DNA of 64,000 bases from Actinomycetota bacterium. GTDB lineage: Bacteria > Actinomycetota > Actinomycetes > Nanopelagicales > Nanopelagicaceae. Position 1 is the stretch's first letter, and the number at the start of each line of letters is the position of its first letter. The notes beneath the pieces were generated by a model. The model had not been told where the DNA came from, ran no database searches, and worked only from the letters and a program-made list of their open reading frames with translations. Shown one piece after another: positions 31,137 to 42,541 of the stretch. Position numbers and translations under genes: made by a program. Location of the stretch: positions 97 through 64,096 of the forward strand of contig JAPOKG010000001.1 in assembly GCA_029977785.1 (NCBI GenBank), read 5' to 3'.

Positions 31137-34013
31137 CTACTTCTGCTTTGCGGTCTTTCGGGCTGGAACCTGTCGGTTAGTAGCAAGCATCTGCGCCAAA
31201 AATTCTCCGGTATAACTTCCTTTTACCTTTGCAACTTCTTCAGGCGTTCCTTCAGCAATTACTGTGCCACCCCGGAATCCTCCTTCTGGACCCATATCAA
31301 TGACCCAATCAGAAGATTTAATGACGTCAAGATTGTGTTCGATGACGATGACAGTATTTCCTGATTCAACCAGGCGTTTGAGAACTCCCAGCAACTTACT
31401 GACATCCTCGAAGTGAAGTCCTGTGGTTGGCTCATCAAGAACATAGATAGTGCGACCTGTTGAGCGCCGTTGGAGTTCTGTTGCCAGCTTTACACGTTGC
31501 GCTTCTCCTCCTGAAAGTGTCGGTGCTGATTGACCAAGACGCACATATCCCAGCCCTACATCACAGAGCGTCTTGAGATATCGAGCAATCGTTGGTACGG
31601 ATTCAAAGAATGTGTGCGCTATCTCAATTGGCATATCAAGGACTTCAGCGATTGTCTTGCCCTTGTAATGAACTTCCAGGGTCTCGCGGTTGTAGCGAGC
31701 TCCATGGCAGACCTCGCAGGGGACATATACATCGGGAAGGAAGTTCATCTCGATTGTGATGGTTCCATCGCCTGAACAGTTCTCGCAGCGACCACCTTTA
31801 ACGTTAAAGGAGAAACGGCCTTGCTGATAACCGCGCACCTTAGCTTCGGTAGTTTCAGCAAAGAGCGCGCGGACCTTGTCGAAGACTCCGGTATATGTTG
31901 CAGGATTAGAACGCGGTGTGCGACCAATTGGTGATTGATCAACGTGCACAACCTTATCGAGCTGATCGATGCCAGTAACGGTGCGATGGCGTCCCGGCAC
32001 AAGACGAGCCCCATTGAGTTTGTTGGCAAGAGTTGTATAGAGAATGTCATTTACCAACGTTGACTTACCTGATCCTGATACGCCAGTAACTGATACGAAA
32101 AGCCCCAATGGAATAGAGACTTCAATATCCTTCAAGTTATTCTCTTTAGCGCCTTTAATAACTAATTGACGTTTTGGATCAACAGGACGCCGCGCCTTCG
32201 GAATATCGATTGCTTTGCGGCCCGAGAGATATGCGACAGTAATTGATTCTTCTGATGCGATGAGCTCTTCATAGGAACCAGAGACGACAACGCGACCACC
32301 ATGTTCGCCAGCGCCCGGCCCGATATCAACTATCCAATCGGCGGTTCGAATAGTCTCTTCATCGTGTTCGACCACAATCAGGGTGTTGCCGAGGTCGCGC
32401 AGTCGAGTGAGGGTATCGATCAGACGTCGGTTATCACGTTGGTGAAGTCCAATTGATGGTTCATCCAAAACGTAGAGAACTCCAACAAGTCCAGAGCCAA
32501 TCTGGGTTGCTAAGCGAATGCGCTGGGCTTCTCCGCCAGAGAGCGTTGCAGCTGGACGATCGAGAGAAAGGTAATCAAGACCCACATCAAGTAGGAAGCC
32601 GAGGCGCGCATGGACCTCTTTCATTACTCGTTCGGCAATTTGTGCTTCACGCTTATTGAGCTTTACCTCTTTAAGGAAAGCAGCGCAGTCATCTATGGAG
32701 AGCGCACAAACTTCAGCGATGCTCTTTCCGCCAAGCGTTACAGAGAGAACCTCTGGCTTTAAGCGCGCACCTTTACATGCAGGGCATGGAGTCTGGCGCA
32801 TATACGCCTCGTACTTATCGCGGCTGTAATCGCTATCAGTTTCACTATGTCGGCGATGAATGAAAGGGATGACGCCTTCAAATCCTGTGGAGTAATTGCG
32901 TACGCGACCGTAGCGATTCTTGTACTTAACGTGTACTTCGTAGTCGAAGCCATTCAGGATCGCCTCTTTAGCTTTTACCGAAAGCTTCTTCCAAGGATTA
33001 TCGAGTGAAAACTTCAACTCTTTAGCGAGAGCCTCAAGAAGTCGTAGGAAGTATTCGGAGGATTGCCCTCCTGCCCAAGGAGCAATCGCTCCTTCATTAA
33101 TGGAGATGGCATCATCAGGAATAATGAGCTCTTCATCAACTTCTAGACGCGTTCCAATACCTGTGCACTCAGGGCATGCGCCAAAGGGCGAGTTAAATGA
33201 GAACGAACGCGGCTCCAGCTCTTCAAAAGAGAGATTGCAGTCATGGCAAGCCATATGCTCGCTATAGGTATGCTCTTTTTCTCCCGCTTTAGCATCGACA
33301 AAATCTAGAATTACTAGTCCATTTCCTAACTTGAGCGCTGTCTCAATTGAGTCAGTTAAACGAGATTTACTCTCTGCCTTTGCAGTCAAGCGATCGATAA
33401 CCACCTCAATGGTGTGCTTCTCTTGCTTCTTTAGCTTTGGCGGTTCGGTAAGTTGAATGGTTTCGCCATCGACTCGTGCACGCGAATAGCCCTGCGTGAC
33501 AAGTTCTGCAAAGAGATCGACGAATTCGCCCTTACGTTCACGAATTACTGGAGCTAGTACTTGAAACTTCGTAGTAGCCGGCATTGTGAGAATTTGATCA
33601 ACAATTTGCTGTGGACTCTGGCGAGAAACTGCTTTGCCGCATTGTGGACAGTGTGGCCGGCCAGCGCGGGCGAAGAGGAGGCGGAAGTAGTCATAGACCT
33701 CAGTGATAGTTCCAACAGTTGACCGAGGATTGCGATTGGTAGATTTCTGATCAATAGAGACTGCCGGTGATAGGCCTTCAATAAAATCCACATCTGGCTT
33801 ATCCATCTGTCCCAAAAATTGACGGGCGTAGGCTGATAAAGATTCAACGTAGCGGCGCTGGCCTTCTGCGAAGATTGTGTCGAAGGCCAAACTTGATTTA
33901 CCTGAACCTGATAGCCCGGTAAAGACAATGAGCGCTTCACGCGGAAGTTCAAGGGAGACATCCTTGAGGTTATGTTCGCGGGCACCACGAACAACTAACT
34001 TATCGATACTCAT
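31137..34013 (-). CDS. uvrA: Excinuclease ABC subunit A
   Basis: Two ABC cassettes ([24 protein letters not shown] x2) and Zn fingers. Confidence 0.98.
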   Translation of the reverse strand: MSIDKLVVRGAREHNLKDVSLELPREALIVFTGLSGSGKSSLAFDTIFAEGQRRYVESLSAYARQFLGQMDKPDVDFIEGLSPAVSIDQKSTNRNPRSTVGTITEVYDYFRLLFARAGRPHCPQCGKAVSRQSPQQIVDQILTMPATTKFQVLAPVIRERKGEFVDLFAELVTQGYSRARVDGETIQLTEPPKLKKQEKHTIEVVIDRLTAKAESKSRLTDSIETALKLGNGLVILDFVDAKAGEKEHTYSEHMACHDCNLSFEELEPRSFSFNSPFGACPECTGIGTRLEVDEELIIPDDAISINEGAIAPWAGGQSSEYFLRLLEALAKELKFSLDNPWKKLSVKAKEAILNGFDYEVHVKYKNRYGRVRNYSTGFEGVIPFIHRRHSETDSDYSRDKYEAYMRQTPCPACKGARLKPEVLSVTLGGKSIAEVCALSIDDCAAFLKEVKLNKREAQIAERVMKEVHARLGFLLDVGLDYLSLDRPAATLSGGEAQRIRLATQIGSGLVGVLYVLDEPSIGLHQRDNRRLIDTLTRLRDLGNTLIVVEHDEETIRTADWIVDIGPGAGEHGGRVVVSGSYEELIASEESITVAYLSGRKAIDIPKARRPVDPKRQLVIKGAKENNLKDIEVSIPLGLFVSVTGVSGSGKSTLVNDILYTTLANKLNGARLVPGRHRTVTGIDQLDKVVHVDQSPIGRTPRSNPATYTGVFDKVRALFAETTEAKVRGYQQGRFSFNVKGGRCENCSGDGTITIEMNFLPDVYVPCEVCHGARYNRETLEVHYKGKTIAEVLDMPIEIAHTFFESVPTIARYLKTLCDVGLGYVRLGQSAPTLSGGEAQRVKLATELQRRSTGRTIYVLDEPTTGLHFEDVSKLLGVLKRLVESGNTVIVIEHNLDVIKSSDWVIDMGPEGGFRGGTVIAEGTPEEVAKVKGSYTGEFLAQMLATNRQVPARKTAKQK

Positions 34014-36085
34014 GTACCTGCCTCATCCATTCCTCGAAGTTCGCGCTTAAGTTCACGAAGTTCATCGCGCAGACGGGCTGCCAATTCGAAGGCTAGTTCA
34101 TCTGCAGCGCTACGCATCTGCTCGGTGAGTGAGCCTATCAACGCAATCAATTCTTGGCGCGGCATTGAATCTGTTGGCTTTGATGAGAATGGCAGGATGG
34201 CAGAAGATTTCTTACCCTTTGTTGAGGCCATGATGTCGTCGGTATCGTCGCTCTCTTGGGCGATGAGATCAGTGATATCGGAGATCTTCTTACGCAAGGG
34301 CTGTGGGTCTACCCCACGTTCTAAGTTGTAGGCGACCTGCTTTGCACGTCTACGATTTGTTTCATCAATCGCCTTAGCCATAGATGCTGTGATGTTGTCA
34401 GCATACATATGAACTTCACCAGAAACGTTACGGGCTGCGCGACCGATTGTTTGAATAAGAGATGTGGCAGAGCGAAGGAAGCCCTCTTTATCAGCATCCA
34501 AGATAGAAACGAGGGATACCTCAGGCAAATCAAGTCCCTCTCGCAAAAGGTTGATCCCGATAAGGACGTCGTATTCTCCACTCCGTAATTCCCGTAAAAG
34601 CTCAACGCGGCGCAAAGTGTCGACCTCAGAGTGCAGATAGCGGACTCGCACTCCCTTTTCTTGCAGATAATCCGTAAGATCTTCTGACATCTTCTTAGTG
34701 AGCGTTGTAACAAGTACTCTCTCGTTCTTTGCCGCTCTGATATTTATCTCGTGGAGCAGATCATCAATCTGACCCTTGATGGGCTTAACGATTATTTGTG
34801 GGTCTACCAAACCGGTTGGGCGAATAACCTGCTCGACGACATCACCATCGACCTTAGCCATCTCATACTTTCCGGGGGTTGCAGAGAGGTAAACCTTCTG
34901 CCCTGTGCGCTCAAGAAATTCTGGCCACTTCAAAGGTCTGTTATCAAGGGCGCTTGGAAGACGAAATCCATGTTCAACAAGGGTTCGTTTACGGGCTGCA
35001 TCGCCTTCGTACATGGCACCTATCTGTGGAACTGTCACATGGCTTTCGTCGATAACCACTAAGAAATCTTCAGGGAAATAATCTAAGAGACAGTTAGGAG
35101 GCGAACCTGGTTCACGGCCATCGAGGTGTCGCGAATAATTCTCAATTCCAGAACAGAAACCAAGTTGCTCCATCATCTCAAGATCAAAAGTTGTACGCAT
35201 ACGCAAACGTTGTTCTTCGAGTAACTTGCCCTGTTTTGTAAACAAGTTGAGCTGCACTTGCAGTTCATCCTGGATGTCGCTCATGGCGCGCTTCATTGTT
35301 TCAGGACCTGCGGCATAGTGAGTAGCTGGGAATATATAGATTTCGGTTTCATCGTTAACAATTTCACCTGTCAGCGGATTGAGAGTCATAATCTTTTCTA
35401 TCTCATCGCCAAACATCTCGATACGGACCGCTAGCTCTTCATACATAGGAATGATTTCGACAGTATCTCCGCGCACCCTGAATGTGCCGCGCTCGAAGGC
35501 CATATCGTTTCTCTTGTATTGCACATCCACAAACTTGCGTAGTAGCGCATTTCGTTCTATCTCATCCCCTACTTTAAGACGAATCATTCGGTCTATATAT
35601 TCCTGTGGCGTGCCAAGACCATAGATACATGAAACTGTTGCAACGACTATGACATCTCGTCTAGTCAGTAGCGAGTTGGTTGCCGAGTGGCGCAGCCGCT
35701 CAACCTCATCATTAACGCTGGAATCCTTTTCGATAAAGGTATCTGTCTGAGGAACGTAAGCTTCCGGTTGGTAATAGTCGTAGTACGAGACGAAGTACTC
35801 AACAGCATTGTTTGGTAACAATTCGCGAAATTCATTTGCTAATTGCGCTGCCAAAGTCTTATTGGGAGCTAGAACTAGCGTTGGGCGTTGTAACCGTTCG
35901 ATGAGCCACGCCGTCGTGGCTGACTTTCCAGTTCCGGTAGCACCCAGGAGAACAACATCTTGAACACCAGCGTTAATACGCCGTGCAATCTCTTCAATTG
36001 CAGCGGGCTGATCTCCAGCAGGTACGTAGTCGCTGATAACCTCAAAGGGAGCAACTTTTCGCTGCAGGTCGGTTACGGGGCGCAC
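34010..36085 (-). CDS. uvrB: Excinuclease ABC subunit B
   Basis: [31 protein letters not shown]; TAGGAT-6nt-GTG upstream. Confidence 0.98.
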   Translation of the reverse strand: MRPVTDLQRKVAPFEVISDYVPAGDQPAAIEEIARRINAGVQDVVLLGATGTGKSATTAWLIERLQRPTLVLAPNKTLAAQLANEFRELLPNNAVEYFVSYYDYYQPEAYVPQTDTFIEKDSSVNDEVERLRHSATNSLLTRRDVIVVATVSCIYGLGTPQEYIDRMIRLKVGDEIERNALLRKFVDVQYKRNDMAFERGTFRVRGDTVEIIPMYEELAVRIEMFGDEIEKIMTLNPLTGEIVNDETEIYIFPATHYAAGPETMKRAMSDIQDELQVQLNLFTKQGKLLEEQRLRMRTTFDLEMMEQLGFCSGIENYSRHLDGREPGSPPNCLLDYFPEDFLVVIDESHVTVPQIGAMYEGDAARKRTLVEHGFRLPSALDNRPLKWPEFLERTGQKVYLSATPGKYEMAKVDGDVVEQVIRPTGLVDPQIIVKPIKGQIDDLLHEINIRAAKNERVLVTTLTKKMSEDLTDYLQEKGVRVRYLHSEVDTLRRVELLRELRSGEYDVLIGINLLREGLDLPEVSLVSILDADKEGFLRSATSLIQTIGRAARNVSGEVHMYADNITASMAKAIDETNRRRAKQVAYNLERGVDPQPLRKKISDITDLIAQESDDTDDIMASTKGKKSSAILPFSSKPTDSMPRQELIALIGSLTEQMRSAADELAFELAARLRDELRELKRELRGMDEAGT

Positions 36086-36089
36086 CTGC

Positions 36090-36686
36090 TTATCCTAAAG
36101 AGAGAGGCTGGAGAACGCCCTCCCAAAGATTCTCGACCTGGCGCAGGAGTGAATCCTCATCCCCATCATTTCGAATGACTTTATCGGCAATTGCTTCACG
36201 CGCTTCAGGAGTTACCTGCGAGGCCATCCGCTTTTCAATCTGCGAGATATAGAGACCCTTTTTGAGTAGTCGAGCCTTACGAAGTTCGATATTTGATTCA
36301 ACGGTAATGATGTAGTCAAACTTGGCAGCAGCTCCTGTTTCTACCAAGAGTGGAATTTCATAAATCAAGATGTCATCAATATCGAGATCTGCAACAGCTT
36401 CTGCAAAGAGGGCCTGCACGCGTGGGTGGATGATTGCCTCTAAATCTTTACGGGCTTGTGGATCTGAGAAGACAATCTCAGCGAGCTTCTTACGATCGAT
36501 ATCACCGTTAACGATGACCTCATCCCCAAAGCGGAGCATGACATCTGCAAAACCATCGCTTCCACGCTCTATCGCCATACGCGCCAACTGATCGGCATCG
36601 ATAACGAGAGCTCCAAGTTCAGCGAAGAATTGGGCTACCGTCGACTTTCCTGCGCCGATTCCACCAGTAAGCCCGACTACCAACAT
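36090..36686 (-). CDS. coaE: Dephospho-CoA kinase
   Basis: [27 protein letters not shown]. Confidence 0.96.
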   Translation of the reverse strand: MLVVGLTGGIGAGKSTVAQFFAELGALVIDADQLARMAIERGSDGFADVMLRFGDEVIVNGDIDRKKLAEIVFSDPQARKDLEAIIHPRVQALFAEAVADLDIDDILIYEIPLLVETGAAAKFDYIITVESNIELRKARLLKKGLYISQIEKRMASQVTPEAREAIADKVIRNDGDEDSLLRQVENLWEGVLQPLSLG

Positions 36687-36730
36687 GTACTCACCCTATC
36701 TCGGAAGAATCTGCTGTTGCCAAAATTTGG

Positions 36731-36795
36731 AGAAAGAAAATCCGGCTGAGCAACGCGAGGTTAAGGAGCAGCTCGCGGCCCAGCCGGATTTTCTT
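36731..36795 (-). terminator. Long hairpin (probable intrinsic terminator) after rpsA
   Basis: 15-bp perfect inverted repeat aagaaaatccggctg (36734-36748) / cagccggattttctt (36781-36795), inner cgcgag/ctcgcg stem, U-rich 3' end on the minus strand. Confidence 0.8.
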
Positions 36796-36801
36796 ATTGA
36801 A

Positions 36802-38133
36802 TTATTCGGCTACAACAGCGGCTTCTTCAGCTGCCTTTGCCTCTGACTTCTGCTTCTTATGAGCAAGGAAGCGCTCTTGAGCAACAGCGTATTGACGCTC
36901 CCACTCTTCGCGCTGTGAGTCATATCCTGGCTTCCATTCCTGAGTATCAGGATCGAAACCTTCTGGATAGATGAAGTTTCCTTCTGCATCGTAGCGAGCA
37001 GACATTCCGTATTGAGTTGGATCGAATGCTTCGATTTCAACTTCATGACCTTCATTTGCTTGCTTCAATGAGAGTGAGATACGACGACGCTCTAGGTCGA
37101 TATCGATAATCTTTACGAATAGTTCATCTCCAACAGAGACAACCTGCTCTGGAATTTCAACGTGGCGTTCAGCCAACTCTGAAATGTGAACAAGTCCTTC
37201 AATGCCTTCGTGAACACGGATGAAAGCTCCGAATGGAACAAGCTTGGTGACCACACCTGGAACCACAGTATTAATTGTGTGGGTGCGAGCAAATGCCTGC
37301 CATGGATCTTCCTGTGTTGCCTTAAGTGAGAGCGACACACGCTCGCGCTCGAAATCAACTTCAAGAACCTCAACGGTTACTTCGTCGCCAACTTCAACAA
37401 CTTCACCTGGGTGATCGATGTGCTTCCATGAAAGCTCAGAGACGTGAACGAGGCCATCTACGCCACCAAGGTCAACGAATGCACCGAAGTTAACGATAGA
37501 TGAAACAACACCGGTGCGAACCTGGCCTTTTTGGAGCTGGTTCAAGAATTCAGTGCGTGACTGTGACTGTGTCTGCTCGAGGAACGCACGACGTGAGAGA
37601 ACTACGTTGTTGCGATTCTTATCGAGTTCGATAATGCGAGCTTCAACCTGCTTACCGATGTAAGGAGTGAGGTCGCGAACGCGACGCATCTCAACAAGGG
37701 ATGCTGGCAAGAAGCCGCGGAGTCCGATGTCGACAATAAGCCCACCCTTAACAACTTCAATAACTGTTCCAACGACAACTTCGTCGCGTTCCTTCTTGCC
37801 TTCAATTTCGCCCCATGCGCGCTCGTACTGCGCACGCTTCTTGGAGAGAATGAGGCGACCTTCTTTATCTTCTTTCTGAAGAACAAGAGCTTCGACCTTA
37901 TCGCCAACTTTGACGATGTCATTTGGATCTGCATCATGGCGGATTGAGAGTTCGCGTGACGGAATAACACCTTCTGTCTTGTAACCGACGTCAAGGAGTA
38001 CTTCTTCGCGATCAATTTGAACGACTGTACCGACGACTAAATCTCCGTCGCTGAAATTTCTGATTGTGCCTTCGATTGCGGCTAGAAAATCTTCTGCTGA
38101 TCCAATGTCATTTACTGCAATTTGTGTAGTCAA
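36802..38133 (-). CDS. rpsA: 30S ribosomal protein S1 (TTG start)
   Basis: Repeated S1 domains (GYKTEGVIP, FGAFVDLGG, GLVHISEL); SD GGAG before the TTG. Confidence 0.98.
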   Translation of the reverse strand: MTTQIAVNDIGSAEDFLAAIEGTIRNFSDGDLVVGTVVQIDREEVLLDVGYKTEGVIPSRELSIRHDADPNDIVKVGDKVEALVLQKEDKEGRLILSKKRAQYERAWGEIEGKKERDEVVVGTVIEVVKGGLIVDIGLRGFLPASLVEMRRVRDLTPYIGKQVEARIIELDKNRNNVVLSRRAFLEQTQSQSRTEFLNQLQKGQVRTGVVSSIVNFGAFVDLGGVDGLVHVSELSWKHIDHPGEVVEVGDEVTVEVLEVDFERERVSLSLKATQEDPWQAFARTHTINTVVPGVVTKLVPFGAFIRVHEGIEGLVHISELAERHVEIPEQVVSVGDELFVKIIDIDLERRRISLSLKQANEGHEVEIEAFDPTQYGMSARYDAEGNFIYPEGFDPDTQEWKPGYDSQREEWERQYAVAQERFLAHKKQKSEAKAAEEAAVVAE

Positions 38134-38251
38134 GATGCTCCGTAGGGATAGAAAGTAGTAGGGATAGGACGGGCTAAGAGTACGGGTGAGGGGTAAATGC
38201 CGGCAAATCCCCGCTTAAATATCGCCTCCATCGCAGTAGGATTCACAAATA

Positions 38252-39478
38252 ATGAATCGTTATGTCGAACTATTCCGAATTCCAAATGTCTGGGTGCTAG
38301 TACTCGCCTGCTTTCCAGCTCGAGTTGCCTACGGAATGGTCAGTCTCTCGATCTTCTTCAAGGTGGAACAATCGACAGGTTCCATTTCAAGTGCAGGTCT
38401 TGCCCTAGGGCTAAATGCTGCCTCCGGCGCGCTCACTGCTGGAATTCGCGGGTCCATCATGGATAAATACGGCCAAAAGTGGCCGCTGCGGATCATGGTT
38501 CCAACATATGCAGCGTTGACGATAGCGCTCAATCTTGCAGATACAAAGGTTGCGATGTTGACTCTTGCATTTGTCATGGGGTTGAGCGCTCCCCCAATAA
38601 ATCTTTCTGTTCGCCCGTTATGGAAGATTGTGGTTCCAGAAAAAGACCTACGCACTGCATATGCAATCGACTCATCAATTATGAACTTTGCCTTTGTTGT
38701 AGGCCCAGTCATCGCAACCTCTCTGGCGCTCTCTAGATTTTCTTCTTCGCCTTTATATATTTGTGCAGCACTGATGCTCCTCGGTGGGATTTCACTTGGC
38801 ATGACAAAGGTTTCGCGTAATTGGATCCCCGAAACAAAGGGCGCTGATTATCAACCGCTTTGGAAGCATAAGCCTCTGCAACTGCTCATGATTGAAGGGT
38901 GCTTCATCGGATTTGGTTGGGGCCTCTTTGATGTCGCTGTTCCCGCATTCACAACGATAGAGAAGGTTCCTCACATGACTGCCTGGATTTTTGGAGCTAT
39001 GTGAGTATCAAATGTAATTGGAGGGCTCTTAGCGGGGCTCGTTTCAAAGAAAACCTCTTCCCTTAAAGCGATGCGTCGTACCTACGGAGTGTGGTTTCTC
39101 GTTTCAATTCCAATGGCGCTTTCCTATCCAAATTGGACGATGATCATTGCCGGTGCGTTTTTAGGTTTAGTAGGTGGAGCAATTCAAGTCTTCTATTGGG
39201 AAGTTATGGAAGCAATCCGCCCACTAGGTTCACCAACTGCGATGATGGGTTGGCTCTGGTCTGTGGAAGGCACGCTGATGGCAGTTGGTTCCATGGCAGG
39301 TGGATTTATCTCAGAACATTCATCTCCTACCATCGCTTTGAGCATCACAGCGCTCTGCATAGGCGCTGGCTATTTAATTCTGGCGCTTGGTAAGTCGCGC
39401 TTGATTGCCGCCGATCGCATCCCGACAGATGATGAAGATTTAGCTGCGATGAAAGATAACGCCAACACCAATCAATAG
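38252..39478 (+). pseudogene. MFS transporter interrupted by a single in-frame TGA at 39002-39004
   Basis: ORFs 38252-39004 and 39071-39478 are in the same frame; the intervening codons read *VSNVIGGLLAGLVSKKTSSLKA (a TM-like segment). Full length would be 408 codons, typical for an MFS protein. Confidence 0.8.
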
Positions 39479-39484
39479 CGCCTT

Positions 39485-42097
39485 TTAGTGAGCTGCTTCG
39501 TTCCAACTCTTTCCGATTCCCACCGATACATCCAGTGGTGCACGTAGCGGATAAGCGCTACCCATCTGAGTACGGACTAATTCTGAGACTGTTTCAACTT
39601 CATTGGTGACAACTTCGAGAATGAGCTCATCGTGAACTTGTAGTAAAAGTCGCGACTTGTAATTTCCAGCTACAAGTGCGCCTTGCACATTGAGCATTGC
39701 TTGCTTGATGATGTCGGCAGCCGAGCCTTGAATCGGAGCATTCAGGGCCATGCGCTCGGCAACTTCTCGACGTTGGCGATTATCATGCATCAGATCTGGG
39801 AGATAACGTCGACGTCCCATAACAGTTTCGGTATACCCCACCTTGCGAGCATCTTCGACAACTGTCTTGAGATAGTCGCGAATACCGCCGAAGCGTTGGA
39901 AATATCTATCCATTAAATCTTGCGCTGCAGGTGGTGTGAGATCTAATTGCACAGCAAGTCCGTATGAACTAAGTCCATATGCCAAGCCATATGACATCGC
40001 CTTTATCTGGCGGCGCATCTCAGGATCAACATCTGCTTGCTTTACTCCGAAAACAAGAGCTGCAACTGTGGCATGCAAATCTTCTCCAGATTCAAATGCT
40101 TTCAATAGACCTGTATCGTTCGATAAGTGCGCCATGATGCGCATTTCAATCTGACTGTAATCGGCAGTCAGTAGTGCGTCATATCCATCGCCTGCTATGA
40201 AACAGTCGCGAATCTTTCTTCCCTCTTCGGTGCGAACCGGAATGTTCTGCAGATTAGGCCCTACAGATGAAAGGCGACCTGTAGCTGCCACAGTCTGAGC
40301 AAAGTGGGTATGAATTCTTTTATCTGCTGCAATCTCAACTAAGAGACCTTCAATAGTTGTTGCCAGCTTCTTCGTCTCACGAATTCGTAATAGCGCGGCA
40401 AGGACAGGGTGCTCAGTCTTCTCAAATAGCCAGTTGAGCGCATCTGCATCAGTTGTATATCCGGTCTTAATTTTCTTTGTTTTAGGAAGGCCCAGCTCAT
40501 CGAAGAGCACTGTTTGAAGTTGCTTGGGTGAGGCCACATTGAATTCGTGCCCCGCGGAGGTATGGGCAACTTTGGTTTCGCGAGTGACTTCAGCCTCAAA
40601 GAAGGCAAGTAACTTTTCAAGCGCTTTCTTATCAACTGCAATTCCTCGGTTCTCCATCGTGGCAAGTAAGTGCGCAACAGGAAGTTCGAGTTCATAGAAG
40701 AGCTTGCTCAGCCCACGGGATTCAAGCTCTTGCGTGAGTGAACCTCGCAATGCAAAGAGCGCACAAGCAGATGTGAGAAGAGTCTGCTCGGCGGATGAGG
40801 TATCGATTGCAACACCGCTCCCCCAACGATCGAGAAGGTCTTGAAGTTCTTGCGCTCGTGTTCCTGGATTTACGAGGTAGGCAGCAAGTTCGGTATCAAA
40901 GACAACTCCTTGCATGCCATTGATTCGTGCCAAAGATTTTGCACCATGAGCTATCTTCTCGACTGAGCTATCAAGTACCCAACTTCCCATTTCGGCTGAA
41001 TGAACCAAATGCGCTTGTTGTGCCGAAAGTGCCACTGCATAACGATGAAGTGAATTCTCGTGAATTTCGAACGCTAGGGCAATCGGTCCGTGATGCCCAG
41101 CAATCATCTCTGACATCTGCACGGGCGTTAATACAGATGACTCAATATCTGCAGCAAAGAGCGAGAGCTCTGGTTCAGAGTTCTTTGTTGCACTCTCTTC
41201 AGGAGTTACTGCAATTGTCTTGAGGCGATCTTTGAGCGTCCTGAACTCTAACTTCTCAAAGAGCGCGGTGAGATCACCTGCTGCCACACCACTCCAAGCA
41301 AGTGCGTCTATTGACAGCTCAATCGGAGCATCGTGGATAAGTTGAGTCAGCTCTCGATTACGACGTACGCTTTCAAGATGAGCTCGTAGCGCATCTCCTA
41401 CCTTTCCAGAGACTTTATCGGCCTGCGCCAAGAGATCAACGAGTGATCCATATTCAACAATCCATTTAGCAGCAGTCTTTTCACCAACACCCGGAATAGA
41501 TGGCAGGTTATCGCTGGGGTCTCCACGAAGGGCAGCAAAATCTGGATATTGCGCAGGCGTCATTCCGTATTTTTCAATGACGGCAGCAGGTGTCATGCGC
41601 GCTAGTTCTGATACGCCACGCTTTGGATACAACACAGTTGTCTGATCGGAAACTAGCTGGAAGCTATCTCGATCTCCCGTACAAATCAGAACCTCTGCTC
41701 CTTCTTTTTCGGCCCTCTTAGTAATCGTTGCAATGATGTCATCGGCTTCAAAGCCTTCAACTTCAAATTGGGTAATTCCAAATCCAGTCACCAAGTCGTG
41801 AAGATAAGACATCTGAGAACGGAATTCATCAGGGGTCTTAGCCCGATTAGCTTTATATTCTGGAAAGATTTCAGTGCGAAATGTTTTGCGCGATACATCA
41901 AAAGCGACAGCGACGTGCGTTGGCTTCTCCTCTTTTAATAGTGAGATGAGCATGGTGGCAAATCCATAGATTGCATTGGTGTGTTGACCTTGTGCAGTCG
42001 TAAAATTTTCAGCGGGAAGCGCAAAGAAGGCGCGATAGGCCATGGAATGGCCATCAATGAGCAGAAGTCTCTTCTTGTGATTCGCATTACCGCTCAT
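39485..42097 (-). CDS. polA: DNA polymerase I (likely start 42097)
   Basis: 5'-3' exonuclease (LIDGHSMAYRAF, EADD, LRGDPSDN) and Pol A motifs (DYSQIEMR, KAMSYGLAYG, QVHDEL); TATGAT-7nt-ATG. Confidence 0.98.
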   Translation of the reverse strand: MSGNANHKKRLLLIDGHSMAYRAFFALPAENFTTAQGQHTNAIYGFATMLISLLKEEKPTHVAVAFDVSRKTFRTEIFPEYKANRAKTPDEFRSQMSYLHDLVTGFGITQFEVEGFEADDIIATITKRAEKEGAEVLICTGDRDSFQLVSDQTTVLYPKRGVSELARMTPAAVIEKYGMTPAQYPDFAALRGDPSDNLPSIPGVGEKTAAKWIVEYGSLVDLLAQADKVSGKVGDALRAHLESVRRNRELTQLIHDAPIELSIDALAWSGVAAGDLTALFEKLEFRTLKDRLKTIAVTPEESATKNSEPELSLFAADIESSVLTPVQMSEMIAGHHGPIALAFEIHENSLHRYAVALSAQQAHLVHSAEMGSWVLDSSVEKIAHGAKSLARINGMQGVVFDTELAAYLVNPGTRAQELQDLLDRWGSGVAIDTSSAEQTLLTSACALFALRGSLTQELESRGLSKLFYELELPVAHLLATMENRGIAVDKKALEKLLAFFEAEVTRETKVAHTSAGHEFNVASPKQLQTVLFDELGLPKTKKIKTGYTTDADALNWLFEKTEHPVLAALLRIRETKKLATTIEGLLVEIAADKRIHTHFAQTVAATGRLSSVGPNLQNIPVRTEEGRKIRDCFIAGDGYDALLTADYSQIEMRIMAHLSNDTGLLKAFESGEDLHATVAALVFGVKQADVDPEMRRQIKAMSYGLAYGLSSYGLAVQLDLTPPAAQDLMDRYFQRFGGIRDYLKTVVEDARKVGYTETVMGRRRYLPDLMHDNRQRREVAERMALNAPIQGSAADIIKQAMLNVQGALVAGNYKSRLLLQVHDELILEVVTNEVETVSELVRTQMGSAYPLRAPLDVSVGIGKSWNEAAH

Positions 42098-42128
42098 GTG
42101 GGACATCATAGGTATAAACTCCGTTGCT

Positions 42129-42536
42129 ATGACTGAACCTGATTACTTAGCAATCATTAAAGAACGCGGCCAAGGAGCTCTCGACCTCAAGATGGGCATA
42201 GAGATGCTAGAAGTATCACCGCAACGTTTAGTCGCGCGTATGCCTGTTGAAGGCAATACTCAACCAATCGGCCTATTGCATGGTGGTGCGAATGTTGTTC
42301 TCGCTGAATCACTCGGCTCTATCGGAACTCAACTACACGCCGGTCCTGATCGAAAAATTGTTGGAGTTGATATCAATGCGACCCACCATAAATCAGCAAC
42401 CAGCGGATATGTCACAGCAGTTGCAACTCCGATATCACTCGGTCGCACGCTCTGTGTATATGAGATCGTAATAACAAACGAGGCAGGTCAGCGAACTTGT
42501 ACCGCTCGCATAACCTGCCTCATTCTTAATCCGTAA
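42129..42536 (+). CDS. PaaI-family hotdog thioesterase (likely start 42129)
   Basis: NTQPIGLLHGGA...LAESLGS, INATHH; divergent from polA. Confidence 0.9.
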   Translation: MTEPDYLAIIKERGQGALDLKMGIEMLEVSPQRLVARMPVEGNTQPIGLLHGGANVVLAESLGSIGTQLHAGPDRKIVGVDINATHHKSATSGYVTAVATPISLGRTLCVYEIVITNEAGQRTCTARITCLILNP

Positions 42537-42541
42537 GTTAC

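Noticed and set aside
39002-39004. Selenocysteine or genetic-code reassignment of TGA in the MFS gene
   Set aside because: TGA terminates other genes normally in this window, the position is in a TM helix rather than a redox motif, and I see no convincing SECIS-like hairpin right after the codon.
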